Shown: one piece after another, positions 50,885 through 63,630 of the stretch
Numbering within the stretch: the stretch's first letter is position 1
How the letters are laid out: each line of letters begins with the position of its first letter
Assembly (NCBI RefSeq): GCF_006345805.1
Contig: NW_021833031.1
Coordinates: 1-64,000, forward strand
Reading direction: 5' to 3'
DNA: 64,000 nucleotides
Origin: Octopus sinensis
Taxonomy: Eukaryota
The notes under the pieces: model-generated
The model's database searches: none
Seen by the model: only the letters and a program-made list of their open reading frames with translations
Told to the model about the DNA's origin: nothing
Program-made: the position numbers and the translations under genes

Positions 50885-53800
50885 TATTAGAGACAAAACC
50901 ACTATTTTGCAAAACAAACAAGGAAAGACTTAATCAATACATAAAATTTTAATAAATAGTCAAAAAAACCGCCACTACAATTGTTTCTTGTCTTGATCGA
51001 CAATCTTCAGGTGGACTTCCAATCTAAAATATCAATATTTTAAAATATAAAAATAATAATTTTAAAATAATTAAGTATGAATGAAAAAATATAATATATA
51101 ATCCATATATAACCTATATATAATCCATATATAATCAATATATAAACAATATATAAACTAAAATAAACCTATCAACAATTAAGTATAAAATATAAAATAT
51201 AAAATATAAAATATAAAACAAAACAAAAAAATAATAATAATATAATAATAAAAAACTAATATATACACCCATACACATATAACTAATTATATATAACCAT
51301 ATCTAACTACATACACTAAATCACACACCTATATATATATCCCTATACATATACACATAAAACGTCTAGGCAACTATAAATAATAAAAATAGCTAAATAC
51401 TTCAACACATACTTATTCATACTCCCACACACCACATACAACCCACTCATTCACGCTCTAGAAAACGGACATCACTTAAAATTATGAACGGAGAAATGGA
51501 ATAAATGGAATTAAAAATTATATTCACTTGGTAAAACGAACACTACTTAAAATTATGAATTAAACAATGCAATAAAAACACAGACATCGCAAATAGGCAC
51601 AAATTACTACGAATTCCTTAACAACCTACCATGATAACCAAAACTCATAAAAACATATATTGATAAAATCTCCCTTTACTAAACTCTATAACATACCTAT
51701 ATAGCAATCCCCCTAACCTAAACATTCACACACAAATACACACACGTAAACCACACACCCACGACATATACAATACCCACACCACTTACATTACCTATAC
51801 ATACATATAAACCTCAACATATACTCCAAAAACCCACAAACCCCACACAGACAAATAAACACAAAAATTATGAATGGATTCTTTTATAAAACTACCATGA
51901 TAAGCTAAAACTCACAAAACAAATGATAAAACCTCCCTTTACTAACACTATAACATACTTATATAGCAATCCTTTAACCTATACATTCACACACAAATAC
52001 ACACACGTAAACCACACACCCATAACAAATACAAACACCCACCCCACTCACACACACCCACAAGTACATATAAGCCTCAACATATACACCAAACAAAATT
52101 ACTTTACCAAGGAACCTAACATATGTATAAAAAGTATAACCGCTCTGGAACGAACATCTTTTAAAATAATGAATGGAGAAATGGAATAAATGGAATTAAA
52201 AATAATATTCACGTGGCAAAACGAACACCACTCAAAATTATGAATGAAACAATGTAATAAATAACCAACATCGAAAATAGACAAATTACCACGAATTCCC
52301 TAAAAAAACCATGATAAACCAAACTCTTAAAAACATAAACGATAAAATCTCCCTTTGCTAAACTCTATAACAAACCTATATAGCAATCCCCCTAACCTAA
52401 ACATTCACATAATACCACACGTAAACCACAGACCCACGACTTATACAAATACCCACCTCACTCACACATACCTATACTAACTTATAAACCTCAATATACA
52501 CCAAAAAAACCCACCCCTCCCCACACACAGACAAATTAACACATACATCCCAAAACCTAAATAACAAATCCATATACACATTCACACACAAACACACACC
52601 CACACCAAAACACACAACACACAGATACATATACTCCCTCACATATACGCATATACATACTCACTAACTCGATATATACAACAATATTTACACACCCCCA
52701 CTCATACAGATAAATAAATTATACAACTAAAAACTCACATACAATCTCATATACATAAACACTCCAATGAAAAACAACATTAATACATCGTAATTAACCA
52801 GAATATCAAAAATAACAATATGACATAAGGAGAAATAATATACATACTTACAATTCAGTTTCAAATTATGAAGTGAAATTAAATTCTTAGCCGTTAAAAA
52901 AATCAAACCAAAATACGTTACCATAGAAATATAACTTATGTATAAAAGAATACGCGCCATGGAAAGTAAACTCATTTAAAATTATGAATGGAAAATAGAA
53001 TAAATGGAACTAAAACTATATCCACGTGGCAAACCAACACTACTTAAAAAAAATTTATTATGAATGGATTCTTTAATAAAACTACCATGATAAATTATTA
53101 ATATACATTTATGAGCTTTAGCTCATCTTAGCAGCTCTAACAAACAACTTGCAGTACCCAAGTCTATTTTCGATGCCTGCCTTACTACTACACTATTCCA
53201 TTCCAATTCCAAGCAACGCTAGCCCCCACCCGGTTACAATTCCCAACTCCACCCATTCATTCATTCACAATTTCAACAACGACGTTCAACTCCACAGCGC
53301 TACGTATTAGCCTCAATATATACCCGGTGATTCGCTTTCACATCCGTGCGGATGGGTGAGAGTATACATTGAGTGAAGTGATGGGCTCCCTTTAACTATA
53401 CACATTTGAACCTGTGTGGTAGTCTCCATGTGTATATTCACGCACGGGTATAAATGCAGGGGGTACACGCGCACGGCATGTGCGTGTACCCCCTCACATG
53501 TACATATGCATGCTAGTTGGGCTCGATATGTGCAACGGTGTAATCGCGCCCGCATACATGCAGATTGTGATTTTGATTGTGCAATTCGCCCATTGTAGGT
53601 TTGTTAAGGAATTCGTAGTAATTTGTGCCTATTTGCGATGTCTGTTGTTTTATTGCATTGTTTAATTCATAATTTTTAAGTAGTGTTCGTTTTACCAATT
53701 GAATATAATTTTTAATTCCATTTATTCCATTTCTCCGTTCATAATTTTAAGTGATGTCCGTTTTCTAGAGCGTGAATGTGCGTTGTATGTGTGTGTGTGG

Positions 53801-54333
53801 GAGTATGAATAAGTATTGTGTTGAAGTATTTAGCTATTTTATTTATTTATAGTTGCCTAGACGTTTTTATGTGTATGTATAGGGATATATATATAGGTGT
53901 GTGATTTAGTGTATGTAGTTAGATATGGTTATATATAATTAGTATATGTGTATGGGTGTATATATATTTATTATTATATTTATTTTTTATTTTTTTGTTT
54001 TGTTTTATATTTTATATTTTATATTTTATATTTTATACTTATTGTTGATAGGTTTATTTTAGTTTATATATTGTTTTATATTGATTATATATGGATATAT
54101 ATAGGTTATATAGGATTATATATTTATATTTTTTCATTCATACTTTAATTATTTTTAAATTATTATTTTTATATTTTAAAATATTGATATTTTAGATTGG
54201 AAGTCCCCTGAAGATTGTCGATCAAGACAAGAACAATTGTAGTGGCGGTTTTTTTGACTATTTATTAAATTTTATGTATTGATTAAGTCTTTCCTTGTTT
54301 GTTTTGCAAAATAGTGGTTTTGTCTCTAATAAT
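50883..54333. mobile_element. Penelope-like terminal-repeat structure: ~745-bp inverted arms around ~2-kb spacer with internal higher-order repeats
   Basis: 50883-51629 is the reverse complement of 53595-54333; a hammerhead motif lies near each outer end. Confidence 0.8.
50972..51014 (-). ncRNA. Minimal type-I hammerhead ribozyme motif, fully intact core
   Basis: Minus strand ccac-CTGAAGA-TTGTC-gatcaa-GACAA-GAAAC-AATT-GTA-gtgg: 4-bp stem I, 5-bp stem II, 2-bp stem III with palindromic loop, GUA triplet. Confidence 0.85.
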
Positions 54334-54418
54334 TTTTATAATATTTACTATAAAATTGGATTTAATCCTAATCTGATTTTTTCCCTGTAAATTTGGATTT
54401 ATTCCCTAATATTTATTA

Positions 54419-54488
<70 letters not shown>

Positions 54489-54562
54489 TATACCGGAGTA
54501 AAACCATAAATGTGAAACAAGGTAGAAAAAAGAGTACTCAAATACCAGTGGTAGGTAATGTG

Positions 54563-54835
54563 CTTTGTTTAAAGCGGCAGAAAATTCAACAAAACCTGTT
54601 ACTCTGAGTTTCCCATTGCTGTCCGTCGGACAGTTTTTGCTAGAATGGAACCGATATGTGAATTTTATTCTATCCAGACTATAGTCTGGATAGAATTCAT
54701 ATAGTCTGGATAGAATTCATGTAGTCTGGATAGAATTCACATATCGGTTCCATTCTAACAAAAACTGTCCGACGAACGGCAATGGGAAACTCAGAGTAAC
54801 AGGTTTTGTTGAATTTTCTGCTGCTTTAAATAAAG
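54563..54835. repeat. ~270-bp fold-back palindrome with loop-less centre and 3x20-bp tandem unit
   Basis: Arms ctttgtttaaagcggcagaaaattcaacaaaacctgttactctgagtttccc... / ...gggaaactcagagtaacaggttttgttgaattttctgctgctttaaataaag; centre attctatccagacta|tagtctggatagaat. Confidence 0.92.
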
Positions 54836-54921
54836 TATATATACATATATATATATACATATGTATATCGTATTTAGAAAATCATAGATGCAGAGACGAA
54901 GTAGAACAGTCTATATTTTTT

Positions 54922-55771
54922 CTGGTGAAGGCCGGTTTATGGGGTTACTCTGGGTTTGCCGTCCATGAAGGGATTAACTTTATGGTGTATCTTCACACCC
55001 CAAGACCCCTTGGCCTATATCCTCTTTTAAATATGGAGGGGAAAAATCTGGATTATCTCCCTTTGCTCATGGCTATCCACTTTCTGCCGTACTGCTATCG
55101 ATCAGCTTATATGAAGGTCAGCAACAGGGGATTAGATCTCTCTCTCCCCATTCAGCCGTCAAATTTCGGCGTTCCCGAAAGACCAGCTACATCAACAATA
55201 GCCAGAACAACAACAGCATCAGTAGTGGCAACAAGACAATAATAGGTGGACCACCTACGTCGCGCGTCCACGGAAATAGATTGTTTGTATCGAAAATTCA
55301 TTCAAGAAACGTTTTTCCAACTATGGATCCTCATTCGAAGTCTCAATCTCATGGAAAATCCTCGAAAGCCCAGGCCCCTACATTAACAGGACGAAACGCT
55401 GCAAGCTATGTATAGCTGAACACACGAGAATCCTAAGGGTCTCATTTGAGTCAGGGGCTATGCTTATTTCCGGAACGGAGATTTTCGGGCGATGTTTGCC
55501 TTTTAGGAGATTTCTGATGGCCTTTTGAAAACCACCGGAAGTTGATGGCCAACCGGAAAGGGAAATCATCCCTCGTGGTTTAACCACATAACTAATCGAT
55601 GAAGTAAAGTCGAAAGTCGATAACCATTAGCAAAAGGAGATAATCCAGACTTTCTCCTACATATGTTAAGAGGTCATAGGCCAAGGGGTCTTGGGGTGTG
55701 AAGATATGCCATAAAGTTAACCCTTTATGGACGGGAAACCCAAGGTAACCCCATAAACCGGTCTTCACCTG
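54922..55771. mobile_element. MITE-like element with ~160-bp imperfect inverted repeats
   Basis: 54922-55084 vs reverse complement of 55613-55771 (c(t/a)ggtgaag.ccggtttatggggttac..cttcacaccccaagaccccttggcctat..ctggattatctcc); no clear TSD. Confidence 0.6.
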
Positions 55772-55781
55772 AATATATATA

Positions 55782-56164
55782 TCTATTATGTGAAATCTGT
55801 TCTGTCTGTCTGTCTGTGTGTGTGTCTTCTAGTATCTCGGGTATCCTCTATCTGATTGCGCTCAAATTTGATATATAGATACCGACGGTATCAGGGTGTG
55901 TATAAGTCTTGAAAAAATTACAAAAATCGATTCCAGGTGAGAATGCGATCGAAAGCTGTGGGAACGTGCATTTGTAAAATCGCTATTCTTGGAATGGAAA
56001 AAAGTCTATCTTTATTTCTTCTTTTGCTGGTGTCTCAAATTTAGGTTAAATCAGTGTTTCTCAAAAGGGAGGCCTATGGGACGGTCGGACAGGTTGTTTT
56101 GAGAAAATTTGGTCTAATGTTTGACAACTCAGCACCGTCCATTGGACGGGGAGTATTTTGCTTG
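55782..56164 (+). mobile_element. Non-autonomous Helitron
   Basis: A|TCtattatgtgaaatctgttctgtctgtctg 5' end; 3' hairpin ccgtcc-att-ggacgg (56135-56149), 11-nt spacer, CTTG (decayed CTAG) followed by T. Confidence 0.65.
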
Positions 56165-56660
56165 TATATATATATAATATATAATAATATATAATATATA
56201 TAATATATATATTTATGTATATAATATATATATATATATATATACGTACACACATACACGCACGTGTATGCGTGTATGTGTGTGTTTGTACTCGTGTTCG
56301 TGCATGATAATAGGTACATGTTACACACACACATACACACCACACACGCACACACAGACACATACACACGCCACACACACAGATGTGCATGTAATTATTG
56401 CATTAATTAGCGTTTATCGATAATTAATAATGTGTATTAAGGTGAAACTCAATGTTTTTTACTCAACACCGTGAGACCTTCACAAATTCAAACAAATGTT
56501 GTTTACATTTTTCGATACTTCCCAGTGGACTAAAGGATACTAACAGACCCCCACACATTCCCTCACACCAACCTACACACACATACAAAGACATATATAT
56601 ATATATATATATATAATATGAATATATATATATATAGATATATATATAATATATATATAT

Positions 56661-56705
<45 letters not shown>

Positions 56706-56708
56706 GTT

Positions 56709-56741
<33 letters not shown>

Positions 56742-56751
56742 GTTATTATAT

Positions 56752-56803
<52 letters not shown>

Positions 56804-57085
56804 TGTATTTGAAAAAAAAACCCGAATACCTTTACTGGTAGTTCTAATCAGTTTAATTTATTATCTTTTAATTTTTCAGTAATATAAATTTTACGGTTCG
56901 TAGATCTACGAACTAAAGTGTAAAATTTATATTACTAAAATTTTTTTTAAAATAGCAAATTAACTTGATTAATCAAATTACCAGTAAAATCATTCTTTTC
57001 CGGTTTTCAAATACACCTAACTGTACCAAGGATCTCTCACACTTTCCAATACACACGCACATAATATTTTATAATTATATACATA

Positions 57086-57503
57086 GGCGCAGGGGTGGCT
57101 GTGTGGTAAGTAGCTTGTTTACCAACCACATAGTTCTGGGTTCAGTCCCACTGTGTGGCACCTTGGGCAAATGTCTTCTGCTATAGCCTCGGGCCGACCA
57201 AAGCCTTGTGAGTAGATTTGGTAGACGGAAACTGAAAGAAGCCCGTCGTATATATGTATATATATATATATACGCATGTGTGTGTTTGTGTGTCTGTGTT
57301 TGTCCCCCTAGCATTGCTTGACAACCGATGCTGGTGTGTTTATGTCCCCGTTACTTAGCGGTTCGGCAAAAAGAGACGGATAGATTAAGTACTGGGCTTA
57401 CAAAAAGAATAAGTCCCGGGGTCGAGTTGCTCGATTAAAGGCGGTGCTCCACAATGGCCGCAGTCAAATGACTGAAACAAGTAAAAGAGTAAAGAGTAAA
57501 GAG
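57086..57503 (+). mobile_element. CORE-type SINE, full length
   Basis: ggcgcaggggtggctgtgtggtaagtagc...gtcaaatgactgaaacaagtaaaagagtaaagagtaaagag. Confidence 0.9.
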
Positions 57504-57757
57504 TATAGTTATAACAAAAGATCGGCTTTACGCCTCACCAAACACTGCAAGATATAGACGCTAGATTCCCTATTACTACCTTGAAATCTTCGAGAATAAG
57601 ACACTATATTGTAGGTAATTTGATTCATTATTGTCCTTTTGCTTGCCTACAATATAGTGTGTTATTCTTGGAGATTTTAAGGCAGTAATAGAGGCTTTAG
57701 CGTCTATTCCTTGCAGTGCGTGATGAAGCGTAAAGCCGACCCCTTGTTATAATTATA
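57504..57757. repeat. ~250-bp imperfect fold-back palindrome with decayed hammerhead-like motif
   Basis: Arms 57504-57615 / 57646-57757 (tcggctttacgcctcacca..cactatattgtagg / cctacaatatagtg..tgatgaagcgtaaagccga). Confidence 0.85.
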
Positions 57758-57856
57758 TGTATAATTATAGAATATTTTCTAAAATTTATCTATGAGGTAT
57801 ATATTTCCGCACTGACTACCTGGTAAAATTATTATTGATTTTACCCCTTTATTATG

Positions 57857-57906
<50 letters not shown>

Positions 57907-58002
57907 TAATAAGAAAGCATTTATCACACCGATATTATAAAAGTAGTCATATAAATAGATTATAAAATTAATAAGGTTTTAATACAGTATATATATATAG
58001 AT

Positions 58003-58223
58003 TACTCTTTTACTCTACTCTTTTACTTGTTTCAGTCATTTGACTGCGGCCATGCTGGAGCACCGCCTATAGTCAAGCAAATCGACGCCGGGACTTATTC
58101 TTTGTAAGCCTAGTACTTATTCTATCGGTCTCTTTTCCCGAACTGCTAGGTGACGGGGACGTAAACAACACCAGCATCGGTTGTCAAGCAATGCTAGGGG
58201 GACAAACACAGACGCACAAACAC

Positions 58224-58321
<98 letters not shown>

Positions 58322-58487
58322 TCGACAGGCTTCTTTCAGTTTCCGTCTACCAAATCCACTCACAAGGCATTGGTCGGCCCGGGGCTATAACAGAAGACAC
58401 TTGCCCAAGATGCCACGCAGTGGGACTGAACCCGGAACCATGTGGTTGGTTAGCAAGCTACTTACCACACATCTACTCCTGCGCCTA
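58003..58487 (-). mobile_element. CORE-type SINE, full length
   Basis: Reverse complement of the 57086 copy across both halves. Confidence 0.9.
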
Positions 58488-58569
58488 ATATATATAATTA
58501 ATATATGTCATCGGCTTCATTTAAAGTCATGTGCCTCCCATTTTATTCCTGATATTTTTTCTTTTCATC

Positions 58570-59078
<509 letters not shown>

Positions 59079-61099
59079 CTCCTTCGCCTATTTAAATATT
59101 CATTTCGAACAAGTATTATATTTTCAATTTAAAACTAGTCTAAATGGTCACTCGACCTCCTAAAAGTTGTATCCAAATCACCCTCAAATCGCACCATAGA
59201 AACTTAACCAAAGACAGCCCAATGCATTATCCATAAATATCACCTTCATGTGTGCTATAGCTATCCAAAGGCATCATGTGACATATTATCTTTGCAAAAA
59301 TTTAGAGGAATAGTCTGCGAGGGGTTGTCAACTCTGCAGCAGATGGAATTCATCTAGGATTTGCACTTTCACAAAGTAATCAAATTTATACTGTATAATA
59401 AAAAGTCGGCATGCTCATGGCAGGAACCCCTTTGTCGGATCCATTCGGTTTGGTTGCCGGCATTAATTTCTGTTTGAATTGATTTCATATTCAGTGTAAT
59501 GATACACTTTTATAGGCTGATAAAGACGGGAAAATCATTTTCGCTACAAATCAATAAATAAAGAGTTATTAGCAATTAAAGTTTGAAAATTTTGGGTAAT
59601 TTTAGCAAATCATAAGCTACAGATACATTCATGTCTATTTCCATAGTAACAAGCGGAACACGAGAAATATTTTGTCTGCAAGAAAACACGAGTGATAAAT
59701 ATTTTGAAACCACTTGTTTTACCCATGTTAACAATTTAGCATGTGAATTTATGTGGCTCAGGAGAAATGAAAATTCTGGTTAGTTTGAGAAATTGATTGA
59801 ATGCATTTCTAGCTTTCGTTTTGCAAATCCTGTTTCCTGATTGGGCGAAAATGATCAAAGTTTAAACTTCTATAACTTTTTAAAAGCATTTTTCTGGAAA
59901 AAGGGAAATAACTCCTGCAATTCAGCTTGGAAAAGAATGTTAATGTGTCAAATTTTAAAATTTTCGATAAATTTGAATTTTGAAATGCTGGCAACCAAAC
60001 CAAATAAATCCCATATGTCTGCTCGACCAGAGTTGACCTAGGGTTAAATCACACCACGAGCATTACCAAGCATGCAACAAAATATGATGGTACATCTTCG
60101 TTGTCACTCAGCCCCTGCTAGAAATAACGACTAAATCTCTTTCTAATTACAAACTCTTCTTTTCAACAGGAAAGACAACACTAGATGGGCGCAGCTGGAA
60201 TGTCTTCGGTTGTATTCCTGCTGCATGCTGGTTAAACTGGAGCTAAATGAAAACAATAAAAAGAACTACAGAAACATTATCGACTCAACATTAACGACAA
60301 TAACAACAACAACAACAACAACAGCGTTTGTCTTCCCATCCACTACCAACAATCCAGTCGATATTTGCATCAAAGAAGATTTTTAGAAATCCTTTAATTA
60401 GAAGTCTAGTCTAATGACATAGCTAACTAAAAGGCCGTGAAGTCATTAATCGATCTATTTTACGGATCTTTTCCATTGAAGTTTTGCTCCCTGGATGGCA
60501 TTCCTGACAGTCATGTGATATAGTCCCGTGCGTGATATCGAGATGTTTGATCGTTCGATCGAATTAAGAGTCTTAAGGATATTATTGGTTGTAGATTATC
60601 TTCTTAGTGGAACATAAATAATCGTTACATTCCTGTCTGTTGCCGCAGAAGTTGCTGCTAACGCTGCCGACGCTGTTTTATAACGGTGATAAAACGGTTT
60701 TTGTTTTTCCCATGCGTTCTATACCAAGAGGAAAAAACTATGACGCGTAAAATTGCTGTCCAACAATGGTAAGGTGGATGGCTTTGATTCCCGCCATGAA
60801 TATTGGTCGGTGGATGTCTGCCGGAACAAGAAAAGAAAATTACAATTGGGGAAGGAATTGAGATTTGGACAGAACACTTCCATCCTAGTGAACTCTGTTA
60901 AATGTACTCTAGCTTCTTGTTTTGTTGGTTAGTTCTTATGGAGGCAACAGGCTAAGCCGAACGCGTTGAGACCATACCATCTATGTAGCGGTATCTACCA
61001 TTTGGATATCTGACATGCTCTTGCTTCTTTCTTTTTTCTTTTTCTAGGAAGGTAGAGTTTGATTAGAAGGACGTTTAGCCGCTGTTTCTATCCTATTTA

Positions 61100-61830
61100 G
61101 TCTTCACGTTGAAGCTTTTTCATTAGATCGTAAAATCTCATGTATCTACTACAAGAGGCTGATGGCGATGGAATTTTGCTATGAATTTCATAATTTAAAT
61201 TGAAATACAAACTTGAATCCTTTTCTGAAATCGATTTCGTTTTATACATTTTGTTGAAATTGCATTTCAGCGTCCACTGACGAATGTTCATTTGCATAGG
61301 AAAATTCACTTTCAATTAGTTATCAATGTAAATTTAAAAAGTACAACCCGAAAACAAAGCTCTTGATGTTGCGCTGAAATAGGCATCTATTCTCAAAACT
61401 CTAATTTAATTTCAAACCGACTTTCAGTGAAATTTGAATACTGTTTGGCTATATTACTTGCAAAGAATGAGTTGGATTGGATAGGTAGGAAAGGACACCA
61501 TACGACGCGATGTTGTTCCTTTGTTGGCACAAGTTATTTCCGTGTAAATTATAAAAGAGCCAAGAGAAAGAAGTTTTAGGGAAGCAATTATTTCTGCTCA
61601 GTCTATGATTGATAACTTGTCGAAAAATCCATGCTGGAAATTTAAAAGATGTTTTGTTTTCAGTAATGTTATCAACAACTTTTTGAATACAAGAGTAACG
61701 AGGATAGCTTTCAAAATCTCTAATAGAATTATTAGACAAACACATGATTTAAATAATCTATCAAAATCTGATGCATTGCTTGAAATCAATATTGTGGATG
61801 TATCCTGAAGATGTTGCAAAGGATCTAACA
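61100..61830 (-). mobile_element. Decayed CR1/L2-like reverse-transcriptase remnant
   Basis: LLKTKHLLNFQHGFF (L..N.LL...QHGF of RT domain 1-2) and downstream RQWTLKCNFNKM..SEKDSSLYF resembling W.M.FN..KC..EKDLGV; many stops and frameshifts. Confidence 0.5.
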
Positions 61831-62151
61831 TACAGCGTGGTTCTTATCTTTTCCAATGCACCGGTTTCAATCGCACGAATCAGGAGACTGCATTTCAAAC
61901 AAAGATATCCACATGTCTGATAAATTCTTGTTTTCAGTCGTTCGTCCGTGTTAGGTGGGCGACAGGTTTTGAAGGATAAATGGACAGAAATTCGAAATTT
62001 TCATAGTGATAAAATGAAGAAGCTGTAGACGTTATAGCTGTTGTTGTTCTTGTTTCTGATGCTGTTGTTGTTGTTGCTGCTGTTTGCTACTTTCGCTGCT
62101 GTTAATGTCAATATTCATTCGTTTCAGGACGGCACTAATAGAGCATCGGAA

Positions 62152-62365
62152 GGCGGCGAGCTGGCAGAAACGTTAGCACACCGGGCGAAATGCTTAGTAG
62201 TATTTCGTCTGTCTTAACGTTCTGAGTTCAAATTTCGCCGAGGTCGACTTTGCTTTTCATCCTTTCGGGGTCGATATATTATGTACCAGTTGCGTATTGC
62301 GGTCGATCAAATCGACTGGCCCCTCCCCCCCAAATTCGGGCCTTGTGCCTAGAATAGAAAAGAAT
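62152..62365 (+). mobile_element. Meta-domain SINE, monomer
   Basis: aggcggcgagctggcagaaacgttagc..gtcgactttgcttttcatcctttcggggtcga..ccttgtgcctagaatagaaaagaat. Confidence 0.88.
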
Positions 62366-62689
62366 GATAGAGCATCGGACTTTCGACGGAAGTCATTTCA
62401 GCCGTGACCATCATGTCTTTTCCCTTTTTATTCAAGAGATTCAGGACCTTAATCCTGCTATTAATAGGGCAGCGATTGCTTAGTGTTTTTCTTGCATCGG
62501 CCTTGTAAAGTGCTGCTGATTCATCAACAGTTTGGTTCGAACACGAACAAACCTGGATATTTAGCTGCCTAAAATCAAAAGACATGAGAAAATTGCTCAA
62601 ATTCGTTGTTGTAGACTCAGTACCTTTTCTAACAATCCTTTTTACTATAGGTAGAAGATCTAAAATTTTGGGGTCTGATGCAATCAATT

Positions 62690-62842
62690 ACGTTGACCTC
62701 TGTGTTCAAGTAGTTATTCCTTTTATCGACTCCCAAAAGATGAAAGGCAAAGTCCACCTCAGCGGAATTTGATACCAGAACTCAAAGACGGACGAAATGC
62801 TGCTAAGCGTTTTGTCCAGCAATGATTCTGCCAGCTCTCCAC
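62690..62842 (-). mobile_element. Meta-domain SINE, partial
   Basis: ttatcgactcccaaaagatgaaaggcaaagtccacctcagcggaattt..gattctgccagctctcc. Confidence 0.75.
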
Positions 62843-63231
62843 CTGACAAGATCTATTCTAATAAATCCTGTTAGAAACAAAAAAAAAATGGTATTTTCAA
62901 ATTTAGAGTGTTCGAGGTCACGAAAATTTATTTTGCATTCTTTGTAATGAGTTCAAGTCGGCAACAACCGTATTGTAAATACAGTTTGTCCATAAATTAG
63001 CTTCACAACTTGAAAAAATTAGAAAAATTCGAAAAGAAGGATAATTCGGCCGAGTTTATTGGAAAACATAGGCAAACGAATAAAGATTAATTAGGATCAT
63101 CGGAACTCTCCTATCTGGGTTCAACTTCTTGAACGCAACAAACCTAGACAACAAATTGTGGAAGTGCTTAACGTAATTACGAACACTTTGTATATTGGTT
63201 TGGAATTTTGGCACAAGGACAACAGTTGGGC

Positions 63232-63630
63232 AGAATACTCTCAACTCTTTCATAGAATAAGCTAGAGATATTGGTTGTGTGATTTATAATCAATCGCCTG
63301 CCATCCATCACCGTGTGGTGAACACGATCAATAGTTACATCGGTCGTGGTAGTTGCAGGATGTCCAGACCCCGGATCATTTTCCCCTCCTAAACTCACCT
63401 GTCAGCTTTTACATTGTTGATAAAGCTGGAGCCTCGATCCTTAAAGTAGCAACCATGTCAGTATGAATGTCTTTGTTGGTGGTGGGGACTAAACACTTTT
63501 CTTTTGTAGTTACTTGATAACACCACGCTGCCAAATTTTGTCCATTTTTCGAGAGAAGTCGTTGGTTGTTACTTTTGAAGCAGGCACGTGCCGTCAGTAA
63601 TTATTCAGGGTAGGCAGTTGGTGACATTTA
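63232..63630 (-). mobile_element. Mariner transposase N-terminal remnant
   Basis: ATG at 63545: MDKIWQRGVIK*LQKK..DIHTDMVATL..APALST..KLTGEFRRG..ENDPGSGHPATTTT..IDRVHHTVMDGRRL..ERVESIL, the mariner double-HTH signature, with stops and frameshifts. Confidence 0.82.

Noticed and set aside
51080-52950. Mitochondrial control-region insertion (NUMT), suggested by A/C strand bias and tandem repeats
   Set aside because: No mitochondrial gene or tRNA recognisable; continuous with a hammerhead-bearing tail that recurs at 11540-11722
56052-56066. hAT-like TIR cagtgtttctcaaa
   Set aside because: No matching second TIR or TSD found
61030-61060. Micro-exon ttttctag-GAAG-gtagag
   Set aside because: Splice-like motifs alone are common in AT-rich DNA; no supporting gene context
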